DNA from: Eledone cirrhosa
Lineage: Eukaryota
Direction of reading: 5' to 3'
DNA length: 64,000 nucleotides
Assembly: GCA_964016885.1 (NCBI GenBank)
Contig: OZ024741.1
Location: 204,476,001 to 204,540,000 of the forward strand
Both the position numbers and the translations under genes were made by a program. The notes under the pieces were generated by a model that saw nothing but the letters and a program-made list of their open reading frames with translations, did no database searches and had not been told where the DNA came from. Positions 1-11,159 of this stretch are shown here, piece by piece; the stretch's first letter is position 1, and each line of letters begins with the position of its first letter.

Positions 1-3000
1 AAATGAATATGAATCCGCAAGCTACCAAGCACCCATGTGAAGCCCCAATCCATAGGGAGGAAGCACACACACACACCCCTGCAAAATTCGACCCTTCCCT
101 ACGAGTGTCGACAAATGTCCAAAACTCCGAGTTGGTACCATCAATGTAAGCACGATGAAAGGAAGAGCAGGAGAAATCGTAGAGATGCTAGAGCGAAAGT
201 AAATTGATGTATGCTGTGTGCAAGAGACTAGATGGAGAGGAGAGTCTGCTAGAGTCCTTGTAGGAAAAAGTCGGTGCTACAAATTTTTCTGGGTGGGAAA
301 TGACGATGGGATGGGTGGTGTAGGTATACTACTAGCTGACAAGTGGGTAGATAAAGTAATCTCAGTGTACAGGGTAAATGCAAGAATCATTAAACTCAGA
401 CTAGTCCTGAATAAAACAATTACCACAATAATATCAGCTTACGCACCCCAATCGGGGTTGCCAGACGAACTTAAGGATAGATTTTACGAGTCCCTAATGC
501 ACACTACTGCTCTAACAAACGACAATGACTTCCTAATCATCGCAAGAGATTTTAACGGACATGTAGGTAAACACTGTGACGGCTTCAATAGAGTCCATGG
601 AGGCCACGGGGTTGGCACAAGAAATGAAGAAGGATTGAGACTTCTTGAATTCTGCGACGCCAATGACATGTCGATATGTAACACAAACTTCAAAAAACCC
701 GACAACCACCTGATCACCTATAGATCAGGGGAGCATTCTAGTCAGATAGATTTTATCCTCATCAGAGGACGTGACAGAAGGACGGTCGTAAACACAAAAG
801 CCTTCCCTAGTGAGGAATGTACCTCCCAACATAGCTTAGTTGTCAGCGACCTCACAGTCAGAACTAGACGAACCTGAAAACAGAGGCCAACCTGGAGAAG
901 AGAGATCTGGAAGCTGAAAGACCCCTCGGTCAGTAACAGATTTAAAGATATTTTACTCAACGCCTACGACAGTAAAGAAGAACAGATAGAGATATTCAAT
1001 GTAGAAGCGCACTGGGAGTTCCTAAAAAATAACTTACTAGAGGCGACGGATGAGGTCTGTGGCTGGAGTAAGACCACAAGCAGGAGGTGAGTGACTTGGT
1101 GGTGGAACAATAAGGTAGATGAGGCAGTTAAGGCCAAGAGACAGGCATGGAAAGAATGGAAGAACGGGGGTAGCAGGGTACATTACATAGAGACCAAGAG
1201 GGAAGCTAGGCGACAAGTATACTTAGCTAGGAGGGAAGCAGAGGATAGAAAATTCAAGCATGTTTTGCAACGTGAGGACCAGAAACAGGAGGTGTTCAAG
1301 ATTGCGAGGCAGTGTGTCAGAGAGAATTGTGTTGTCATTGGAGAGAAGTGTATCCGGAATGATAAAGGTGAGCTTGCCCTCACAAGTGCTGAGAAGAAAG
1401 ATGCATGGAAGAGTCATTATGATAGATTACTAAATGAGGAGAATGCATGGGTAGAAGAGACCCTATCCCAAGTAGACCCTATAGAGGGGCCAGCAGTACA
1501 AGTCAGCAGCAGCGTAGTAAGTAAGGCAATCAAAGATATGAAGATGGGGAAGACAACCAGTCCATCGGGTATAGCTGCCGAGATGCTGAAGGCATCTGGG
1601 TCTGTAGGTCACTCTATAACCACACGTATTGTTAACCAGGTAATACTAGAAGGTGTCATAACAAAAGATTGGTGCAGTAGCATCATTGTCAACTGCTACA
1701 AAGGTAAAGGTGATGCATCGATAGAGGAAACTATAGAGGTATAAAGCTGATGGACCAGGTCATGAAAGTAACAGAAAGAGTTATAGCACAGTTGATTAGG
1801 GACTGGGTGAAACTAGATGAGATGCAATTTGGGTTTGTACCAGGAAGAGGCACCACTGATGCCCTCTTCCTTGTGAGGCAGTTACAAGAAAAGTACCTAG
1901 CTAAAAGTAAGCCACTCTACCTGGCATTCGTCGATCTCGAGAAAGCCTTTGACAGAGTTCCACGTGCTGTAATCTGGTGGGCTCTTAGAAAACTAGGAGT
2001 AGATGAATGGCTTGTGAAAACTGTACAAGCCATGTATAGGGGAGCAGTCAGCAAAGTTAGGATTAGCAATGAGTATAGCGAGGAATTTAGCGTACAGGTT
2101 GGGGTCCACCAGGACTCTGTGCTTAGCCCTCTCCTGTTCATCATAGTCCTGCAGGCAATAACGAAGGAGTTTAAGACCGGATGCCCATGGGAACTCCTGT
2201 ATGCTGATGACCTCGCACTTATAGCTGAATCTATGGTAGAACTAGAGGAGAAATTCCAAACTTGGAAGCAGGGACTAGAAAGAAAGGGTCTCAAAGTCAA
2301 CATGACAAAGACTAAGGTCCTTGTAAGTAGACGAGAAAACAGAACCCAGATCCCCTCAGGGAAATGGCCTTGTTCAGTATGTAGGAAAGGTGTAGGTAGG
2401 AACTCCATTCTCTGCCCCAAATGCAGACAATGGGTACACAAGAGATGTAGTGGGATCTCAGGAAGCTTAATTAAGAATGTAGGCTTCACATGCAGCAGCT
2501 GTACTGGGACAGCAAGCAGCAAACAGCCACAGGAAACAAGTACCACCAATCTCTGGGAGGGCTCTGTAGAGACAGTAGACAGCTTTTGCTACCTAGGTGA
2601 CCGAATTAGCAGCGGAGGTGGGTGTTCAGAAAGTACTAGGGTAAGAACGGGATGGAAGAAGTTCAGGGAACTACTACCACTGCTAGCTGCAAAAGGCTTC
2701 TCCCTCAAAATGAAAGGCAGACTGTATGATGCGTGTATCCAAACAGCAATGCTATATGGTAGTGAGACCTGGGCGCTGAAGGTGGAAGACTTACGTAGAT
2801 TAGAGAGAAACGAAGCCTGCTTGCTCCGATGGATGTGTAATAGTAATATACGTGAACGACAAAGCATAAATGAATTGAGAGAGAGACTGAGCATAAGAGG
2901 AATCAAATGCTGTGTGCAGGAGAGGCGGATACTTTGGTATGGACATGTGATGTGTATGAAGGATGACAGCTGCATAAAAAGGTGCAGAGCACTAGAAGTT

Positions 3001-3457
3001 GATGGAAACCGCGGAGTGGGGAGACCCAAGATGACCTGGGATGAGGTGATAAAAGCCGACTTTACCCAATTACACCTCAAAGGCGATGACACACGACCAT
3101 GACCACTGGCGTCACGCAGTAATACAGAGTACCCGACCTCCCATGGGTACAAGCTGAAGCATATAGACAATATGCCCCCACACCCTCCCACTGCAAGGTG
3201 GTTGAGGAGGTACCACGGCAAAAAAAGCACCCAGCCCACACTGTAAAGTGGACGTGTAGGCACCACGAAAAAGCACCCAGCACTCACTGTAAATGAGGTA
3301 GGTGTTAGGAAGGGCATCCAGCTGTAGAAATCAAGCCAAATCAGTTTCTGTATGAGCAAGGCATGGTCAGCCAACCAGACACTGCCCACAAAGGGACAAC
3401 CCGTCTAACCCATGCCAGCGTGGAAGAACAGACGTAAAACGATGATGATGATGATGA
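1..3457 (+). mobile_element. RTE-clade non-LTR retrotransposon, lineage A, copy 1 (5' end outside the window; ORF broken by stops and frameshifts)
   Basis: ORF pieces 218-877 (AP endonuclease: QE, YAPQ, xDFNGH, QIDF), 1091-1744 and 1750-3102 (RT: QFGF, FVDLEKAFD, YADD, YLG). Ends in a (GAT)n tail at ~3441-3457. Near-identical to the reverse-strand copy at 49230-52820. Confidence 0.95.
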
Positions 3458-3644
3458 ATGACATGAAGTTTAAATATATTATTGACCAGCAATCTCTCTT
3501 CAGTTAACTTTGTGCATGTATGTGTGTGTGTATATATGTATAAATATATATATATGATGGCAACATGAATGGACCTGTTATTTTTCTCTAAAAACATTTT
3601 TTACAATTCCACTCTGCCCGTCCCTTCAATCTTTCTAATTTCTT

Positions 3645-3680
3645 TCTTCTGATGAAGGACTAGAATCCAAAACGTTAAGA
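3645..3680 (+). ncRNA. Degenerate minimal type-I hammerhead ribozyme (Penelope-type)
   Basis: TCTT-CTGATGA-A-GGA(ctagaa)TCC-aAAACGTT-AAGA. Stem I TCTT/AAGA, stem II GGA/TCC, palindromic stem III ACGT, GUU site. The GAAA box reads AAAA, consistent with CpG decay. Confidence 0.55.
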
Positions 3681-3789
3681 TCCTCTTCCTGCTATTTCAA
3701 GCATTAACCTAATATATTCCTTCCATATACTCTACCGATTGTTATTGTTATTTCTGTTTACCTTTTACACACACACATATATATATATA

Positions 3790-4003
3790 TCATCATCATC
3801 ATTTTACATCCGCTTTTCCCTGCTTGCAGGGGTGGGGCAGGAACTGATTCTGGCTTGATTTCTACAGCTGGATGCCCTTCCTAACAGCAACCTCATTTAC
3901 AGTGAGTGCTGGGTGCTTTTTTTCCGTGGCGCCTACACGTCCACTTTACAGTGTGGGCTGGGTACTTTTTTTCCATGGCGCCTACACGTCCACTTTACAG
4001 TGG
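3790..4003 (-). mobile_element. Short non-autonomous RTE-related element (lineage-B-type 3' end joined to the lineage-A-type UTR module)
   Basis: (CAT)n next to (TA)n, then TTTTACATCCGCTTTTCCCTGCTTGCA (matches 38285-38313), then CAGGAACTGAT...CTGGATGCCCTTCCTAAC (matches the lineage A 3' UTR). Confidence 0.75.
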
Positions 4004-4030
4004 AATGATAGGGACCCCAGTCCTATCATC

Positions 4031-4170
4031 TCATTTCTACAGCTGAGTAAACTGGAGCAATGTGAAATAAAGTGTCTTGCTCAAGGAAACAACACATCAC
4101 TTGGTCTGAGAATTGAACTCACAACCTTTCGATTGCAAGCCCAATGCTCTAACCACTAAGCCATGTGCCT
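4031..4170 (-). mobile_element. tRNA-derived CORE-like SINE (family 2)
   Basis: CAGCTGAGTAAACTGGAGCAATGTGAAATAAAGTGTCTTGCTCAAGG...GAACTC...AACCACTAAGCCATGTGCCT. Related copies at 8140-8345, 12535-12770 and 44050-44240. Confidence 0.7.
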
Positions 4171-4178
4171 ATATATAT

Positions 4179-4582
4179 CATCATCATCATCATCACCGTT
4201 TTACGTCCGTTCTTCCACGCTAGCATGGGTTAGACGGGTTGTCCTGTTGTGGGCAGTGTCTGGTCGGCTGACCATGCCTTGCTCATACAGGAACTGATCT
4301 GGCTTGATTTCTACAGCTGGATGCCCTTCCTAACACCAACCTCATTTACAGTGAGTGCTGGGTGCTTTTTCGTGGCGCCTACACGTCCACTTTACAGTGT
4401 GGGCTGGGTGCTTTTTTGCCGTGGCACCTCCACGACCACCTTGCGGTGGGGGGGGGGGGGGCATATTGTTTATATGCTTCAGCATGTACCCATGGGAGGT
4501 CGGGTACCCTGTATTACTGCGTGACGCCAGAAGTCACGGTCGTGTGTCATTGACTTTGAGAGGTGTAGTTGGGCAAGGTCGG

Positions 4583-4584
<2 letters not shown>
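4179..4584 (-). mobile_element. 5'-truncated RTE lineage A copy (3' UTR plus ORF end)
   Basis: Reverse complement of ~3055-3457. The (CAT)n tail abuts (TA)n. Confidence 0.9.
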
Positions 4585-4620
<36 letters not shown>

Positions 4621-4624
<4 letters not shown>

Positions 4625-5008
4625 TCATCATCATCATCATTTTACGTCCGCTTTTCCCTGCTTGCAAGGGTGGGACGGGTCTTATTCAGCACAGCATCTC
4701 TCCACTCGTCACGGTCCCTCGTCATCTCCACCGTGAGCTTCAATGATCTGAGGTCTGTTCTCACCACCTCCGCCCATGTTTTTCGTGGTCTACCTCTACC
4801 ACGTCTTCCTTCAACTGGCACTTCTTCACCCATCGGTCATCCTCCATGCGCATCACATGTCCATACCACCTCAGTCTCCTCTCCCGTACACTACATTCTA
4901 TCCCTCTCAGACACAGTTTCTCTCTCAACACATTTATGCTGGGTCGTTCACACACATTTACACTGCACATCCAACGGAGCATGCTTGCCTCATTTCTCAT
5001 TTCTCTCC
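4621..5008 (-). mobile_element. 5'-truncated RTE lineage B copy inserted in a (TA)n microsatellite
   Basis: Nearly identical to 38258-38658 (NEASMLRWMCS...RGRGRPRKTW...ASREKRT). (TA)n on both sides (4586-4620 and 5011-5049). Confidence 0.92.
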
Positions 5009-5055
<47 letters not shown>

Positions 5056-5309
5056 AACAAATAAACGGAAAAACTGACTGGCATCCTGAATAGATCGGTA
5101 ATGGTCAGAAACACTTGTCTGTTTTTTTTTCCAATTGCGATGTGTTATGTCCTTGAGCAAGACACTTTATTTCACGTTGCTCCTTCTACCTGGAGTTGCT
5201 ACTGATAGATAGTACTAGCAACTGGAAAGACTGACAAAAAACATTGTTTCCATGGTCCGATTTGACGAAAATCGATCGATCCTTTATATATATATGCACC
5301 AAAAGTACA

Positions 5310-5600
5310 GTAGCTAGAGTGAGAACCATGTAGAAAATAAAATGTTCAGGAGCTGGCTACAAAGGGTATCTTCATCAGGACGAGATGGAGATATGATACC
5401 TGTGTGCAAACTATGATCCTGAATAGAAGTAAAACGTGGGTTTTGACTGCGAAGGTTCTGCGACAATTGGAGAAAAGGGAGGCAAACATGTTTCAATTAA
5501 TGTGTAATAGAAGTGTGCATAAACAACAGTGTCAGCAAATGAGTGAAAAACTATACATAAGGATTAGATGCAGTGTACAAGAGAGAAGACCGTGCAGGTA
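5310..5600 (+). mobile_element. Old degenerate RTE RT C-terminal fragment
   Basis: Translates in part as SKTWVLTAKVLRQLEKREANMFQLMCN...RCSVQERR, homologous to the lineage A/B C-terminus. Confidence 0.7.
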
Positions 5601-5829
5601 ACGTGAAACATTTAGCCCCGTCAACCAACTTGCTACCCATTCCTCTGTCAACCTCCCCTGCCTCAACCTACCTAAGTGCCACCTCCACTCACATTCTTTG
5701 CTCCCCTCCTTTGCACCCACACCACAATATACCACCAGATGCAATTCATTCTTTTCTAGGCCGCTCTTATGACCTGATGACTCCTATCCTATGAGAGTAT
5801 GAATCCCCTCCATTCTCGTCAATACATCC

Positions 5830-6300
5830 TCAGTGCTGGTGTCATGATAAAATGCATCCAGCCCACTCTGTAAAGTGGTAGTGCTTGGGACATGATAAAA
5901 GCATCCAGTCCACACTATAAGACAGTAGTGCTGGTACCACAGAAAAGCATCCAGTTTGCCCTGTAAAGTGTTAGTGCTGGTACCACAGAAAAGCATCCAG
6001 TTTGCCCTGTAAAGTGTTAGTGCTGGTGCTTACAAAAAATCATCCACTTCATCCTGTAAAGTGTTAGTGTTGGTGCCATGAAAAATGCACCCACTTGACC
6101 CTGTAAGGTGATATGGGCAAAGGCATGATAAAATGCTCCTAGTACACATAAAGTGGTTGGGTTAGGAAGGGCATCTAGCTATAGAAGCCAAGCCCCAAAT
6201 GGAGCATACTAGCAAGACATGGTTACCTGATCAACTGGAACCTGAGAAAGTGACAAACCAAGCATGAAAAATAGATGTTAAACATTGCTGATGATGATAA
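5830..6300 (+). mobile_element. RTE-mobilised short element with an internal ~45-bp tandem array
   Basis: About 7 units of AAAAGCATCCAG...CTGTAAAGTG...GTGCTGGT, then GGTTAGGAAGGGCATCTAGCT, then a GATGATGAT tail. Confidence 0.7.
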
Positions 6301-8139
6301 AGCATATCCAATATTAATATTTTTAAAAATCTGAAAAGAAGAAAAATAGTGTAACAAGGAATCTTGTTGCAATTTATTGTCATCCATTTTATTTCAATAA
6401 GCAAGTTTACATTCTTTGTTTTTAATACCATGTAAATATTGATTAGAAATACATTAGTTTATTAACCAAAACTGATAAATATTGATTATTTCAGTTCAAA
6501 CATTGTCTGCAACAATGGCATGAACCTTTTTTTTTTATTAATACCTCAACCATTACCATATTTATTCTATGGCAAAGCATTATTTTACTTTTAATGAATT
6601 TCATATTCTTAGTTATATATAATTTATTAGTATATTGAATTGTTGCATCAAACAGTATTCATATCTATATATATAATCATCATCTATATGTATTATATTG
6701 TATTATATAATACAATATAATACATGTACTATATATATATCATATTGTATATATGATATATATTGTTTTTTTTAGAATAGGTACATTGATTCCCAACATA
6801 TCATAAGACTTAATTAAAAGGGTTGGTGTCAAGAAGGACATCCAGCTATAAAACATTGCCCCAAGATGCCCTGTCTAACCTATGGAAAAGTAAATGTGAA
6901 AATGATGATGATATCATCACCATCATTTGATGTCCATTTTCCTTGCTAGGGAAGTTTGGACAGATCCTCACAGACTGGAGTACTCAAGCAGTTACTTTCC
7001 TCTTGGATGGACTGATCTTGCTTACATATGATCCTATACTCTACTAAGTACATTTTATCACGGTACCAGCACTAGGGAGGTTGCATATCTTTGATATGAG
7101 TGAAGAGTCCTCCCATCTCTTTGTTTGGCAAGTTTTGTATGGCTGGATGCCCTTCTGTTGGATTCCTACCTTAGATCTTCATTATGGAATTGGATTTACA
7201 CTGACTCTACGTGAACTCCCACCTGGGCACTCCTTCGGATAGTATCCCATAATCCACAACTATATATATTTACATGTCGGAGCAAAATTTTTATTTCTAC
7301 TTTCAAGCTATGCCGGCTTGTACAGCTCCATATGCAAATGAAGCTAATCAGCCCATCTATATAGGCGAAACAACTATATACTTTCGCCTGTTCCAAATTC
7401 CAGCAGAGAGCAGGGGAAGCACTATCCTGATCACGACCAGAGCCAGAAATGCCTTGATAGTTGTCCCCCGTTACATCTGTACTAAGTTCTCTTCAGTGTA
7501 CCCTGTTGCATTAACTAACCACTACCAACATTGTGCTATGATGAATCTCATTATTCCAGCAATTATAGTTACATCACCTAACATAAGTTTTCGTTGATTG
7601 GTAACTGAATTTATAGGAAATATTTTCTTTATAATAAATACATAATTAATCTATTAAATACATAATTAATACATGTTATTGATCTTCAGCAATTTAGTTT
7701 GAAAATTGTGGTAGCCACACACATTATTCTCATTCTTCCATAAATTTTACTGTAACGGTTTTATGATCAATTCATGTTAATGAGATGGTATCTGATTGGT
7801 CTGATTTTGTGGCAGGTTATTTTATCTTGTGTAATATATTTTCATTTTTTGTTGAAAGTAGACATATGCTAGAATGGTTGTGTACTGTAGTCCTAGATAG
7901 ACTGTGGACTTACAGTAGACCATCTGAAAAAAAAATGAGTTGATCAAAGCTTGAAAATTTTTGATCATAGATCTCACTAATCAGGCATGGTCTATGGATA
8001 AACAAATATTACTCAATTCAAAGAAGGAAGTCTCTATTATGCCTTCAATTGAAATGGAAAGATCACAACTTCAAAAATCTCACCCATTATTCTTTTTTTT
8101 CCCAAACCAGGAGGCTCATCATCCAATGTTTGTCCCTGA

Positions 8140-8345
8140 TTCCCTTTTTCATTGGCATTAAGTGACAGAATACAAGACCTCTCCCTGGACAGGATGCCAG
8201 TTAATCATAGGGTTAACCCCTAGCTACTGTTGGTACTCATCTTCAGCTGTGTGTACTGGAGCAGTGTGAAATTAAGTGTTTTGGTCCAGAAATTGAACTC
8301 ACTACATTATGATCATAATCCAACATCCTAACTACTAATCCATTA
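8140..8345 (-). mobile_element. tRNA-derived CORE-like SINE (family 2), diverged
   Basis: GGACAGGATGCCAG...GGTACTCATCTTCAGCTG...ACTGGAGCAGTGTGAAATTAAGTG, similar to 12535-12770. Confidence 0.65.
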
Positions 8346-8720
8346 TATATGCTAGAAATTGTTTCTAATGACTTTTCCTAGAAACCCTCAAATATGTACA
8401 AAAGAGATGTGCCTTTTCTGTTTTTTTGTTTTTTTTTTGTTTTTTTTGTTGTTGTTGTGTTTTTGTGTGTGTTTTAAACTAAGCTGTGAGTATTTGTTGC
8501 AGCTGTTCTCATATTTGGAATAATACTGTTCTTTCAGTTACTAGTTTCCTAAATCACATTTAGGAAAAAGTAATTGACAGATGTTTGAGTTGATACTGTA
8601 CTAATCAACCAGCTACAGTTTATTATTTTGTTATTGTTACAATACAATAAGGTCAAACTGACCAATGGGAAGTTGCGTATGAATACATGGTCAATCTCAC
8701 TCTCGCTCTCTGGTGAAAAA

Positions 8721-9118
8721 GGGTGGATTGGCAGAATTGGTAGAGGGTTGGACATGCTTTCCAGCATAGTTACGTCCCTTTACGATCTGAGTTCAAATCC
8801 CGCCAAGGTTAACTTTGCCTTTCATCCTTACGAGGTCGATAAAATAAAGTACCAGTAATGTACTGGGTAATTTGCTGGCCTTGTGCCGAAAGTAAAAACA
8901 ATTATTTTGTTATTGTTATTAAAGGGCGGTGAATTGGCAGTATGGGTAGAGGGTCAGACATGCTTTCCAGCGTAGTTACGTCCCTTTACGATCTGAGTTC
9001 AAATCCCGCCGAAGTTAACTTTGCGTTTCATCCTTACGGGGTCGATAAAATAAAGTACCCGTAATTATACTGGGTAATTGCTGGCCTTGTGCCAAAAAGT
9101 AGAAACAATTATTTTGTT
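8721..9118 (+). mobile_element. Two tandem copies of tRNA-derived SINE family 1 (Nin/Deu-like core)
   Basis: A-box-like TGGCAG..TGG, B-box GAGTTCAAATCC, core GCCTTTCATCCTTACGGGGTCGATAAAATAAAGTACCAG, 3' GGCCTTGTGCCAAAAGTAGAAACAATT. Confidence 0.85.
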
Positions 9119-9993
9119 ATTGGTACTATATTTTGTATGTGATATAATTGAAATACATTAATCGAAGAGTTGGTAGTTTCTCATTGGTAGTAAACGCTTC
9201 TGACTTCCAGGATATAAATAAATAGCTCTTTAACGCTCAATCCTCTATAAATATAATTTTATTTGTCGAAAAGGAATATAGGAGTCATTTTACAATAATT
9301 CTTTGTACGTCCGTATCGTCTCCTAGTCAGCTCGGTCTGTCTGGTCTCTCGAGTGCTGTCTGAGGTTTTTCACCAGAGAGCGAGAGTGAGATTGACCATG
9401 TATTCATACGCAACTTCCCATTGGTCAGTTTGACCTTATTGTATATAATGTTGCTATTGCGAGGTGCGACGTGGTTTCACTACAAGTGAGAAGGTATCAT
9501 CTCTGGAGAGTAGGGGAAGATTAACTTCAACATATCAAACACCATATTAACTGAGCTCCTCTCCCTTATTTTACAAACAAGATAATTTTTACTAAGAAGT
9601 AGAATTTAATTGATTCTTTTTAAGGATATATTTCAGATATCTATTGTTTGTATAAAAGAGAATTCAATTGTTACTAACAGAAGTAGCTGTTGGCCTAATT
9701 TTTAAAATATCCTTAAACTATCCTGCTATAAATATATCACGTAAGTAAAAAAATAATGATAAATAAACAAACATTACTCCCAGACAGATATCCAAGAAGT
9801 CAGTCATTTTATGGCTGCTTAAATAACTGGTCTCTCTGAAAGATAGTACTGATCTAGTAACAATGAGGAGCTATTAACATATTGGCCAGAAATAAACTAA
9901 TAGTTCAATTACTCACTATTACTAGTGCTGCTACTATTATAGCACTGTTTTATGATTAAACCAACCACACCTATGAAAGTACGAAGTAACTAT

Positions 9994-10178
9994 TTAACCC
10001 TTTAGCATTTAAACTGGCTGCAACTGGCCTCTCATACCAACATAAAAGTATTGTTCTCAAAATAAATGATATCAAAATCTCATAGATTTGATATTAGGTG
10101 GGATAATTATGTAAAATAAAGTCTTTACCACAAAAACACAATAGTAAATATAGAGTAAGGTAAATGCTAAAGGGTTAA
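9994..10178. mobile_element. piggyBac-type MITE (TTAA target site)
   Basis: TTAA-CCCTTTAGCATTTA ... TAAATGCTAAAGGG-TTAA. Homologues at 29020-29246 and ~58480-58678. Confidence 0.85.
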
Positions 10179-10250
10179 AGAACTAGATAGCAGTTCATAG
10201 GTAAAAATAAAGTAGTGACTATTCTATAAGAATTCAGCTTCTATAATTTA

Positions 10251-10333
10251 CGGTGGAAGCAGGGGAGTCTGTAGCTCTGATGAACGCCAATCAGCTTGAA
10301 ATAGACTGTCAGCTTCTCTCCCTTCTTTCACCG
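10251..10333 (+). ncRNA. Type-I hammerhead ribozyme with extended stem I, in a ~316-nt tandem unit
   Basis: AGCT-CTGATGA(10277-10283)-ACGC caatca GCTT-GAAA(10298-10301)-TAGACT-GTC-AGCT. The flanks CGGTGGAAG..AGGGGAG and CTCTCCCT..CTTTCACCG pair. Confidence 0.65.
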
Positions 10334-10709
10334 AAAAGAAGTAAGTGACATAGTTACTACTTTAAAACTGATAGTGTATGGTCTTCTAAATGTTTTTAAT
10401 TAAACATACGGTATATTGCCAAATATACTATACATACATTCATGTATACATCGCTATTTCAGAGCACCAATCCTAATACCTAATTTTTGCTGGACCAGCA
10501 ATTGTTCTGTATAATCAGCTCCTGATTATTACTGGAATTCTATAAGAATCCAGCTTCTATAATTTTTGGCAGAAGCAGAAAAGAAATGACATAGTCACTA
10601 CTTTAAAACTGATAGTGTATGGTCTTCTAAATATTTTTAATTAAACATATGGTATATTGCCAAATATACTATACATACATTCATATATATATATGCACAC
10701 ACACACACA

Positions 10710-11125
10710 TATCATCCAGGAGCCGTAAGAATCCCAACCAAGACACAGGTCGCACTATGAGCAGGGTACGATATGGCCAACTGGCCAGACCTACCTCATA
10801 ACGGAACCACCCAGTTCCATGGTTCTGGTAAAGCAGTGTACAGTGCAGCCAATTGGCCAAATACTGCTCATAGGTGGGACCACCCAATCCCACACTGAAA
10901 ATGTGATTGGTGTTAGGAAAGGCATCCACTAGCCGTAAAAATCCCAGCCAAAACACAGGCCCCGCTATGAGCGGGGTACAGTGTGGTCAACTGGCCAGAC
11001 CTACCTTATAATGGGTCTACCCAGTTCCACACTGTAACTGTGGTTGGTGCTAGGAAGGACATTGATCAGTCGAAGAAATCCAGCCAAATCGTGGCCTGGT
11101 ATGAGTAATGTATGATGCGGCCAAC
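10710..11125 (+). repeat. Multimer of an RTE-associated short element (~200-bp units)
   Basis: CATCCA..AGCCGTAA.AATCCCA.CCAA...AACTGGCCAGACCTACC at ~10713 and ~10923, with a partial third unit. GGTGTTAGGAAAGGCATCC motif present. Confidence 0.65.
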
Positions 11126-11159
11126 AGAGTTCTGGTGGCTGCCAACTTGTATGCTAAAT

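Noticed and set aside
1917-3389. Long antisense ORFs over RTE copies (also 49663-50781 and 38316-40745)
   Set aside because: Shadow frames of the RT coding strand with no recognisable motifs.
8721-8910. tRNA gene (A/B boxes)
   Set aside because: No cloverleaf; it is the tRNA-derived head of a SINE repeated more than 10 times in the window.
9138-9484. Possible solo LTR (TG...CA, TATA-like)
   Set aside because: No target-site duplication found at the candidate ends.
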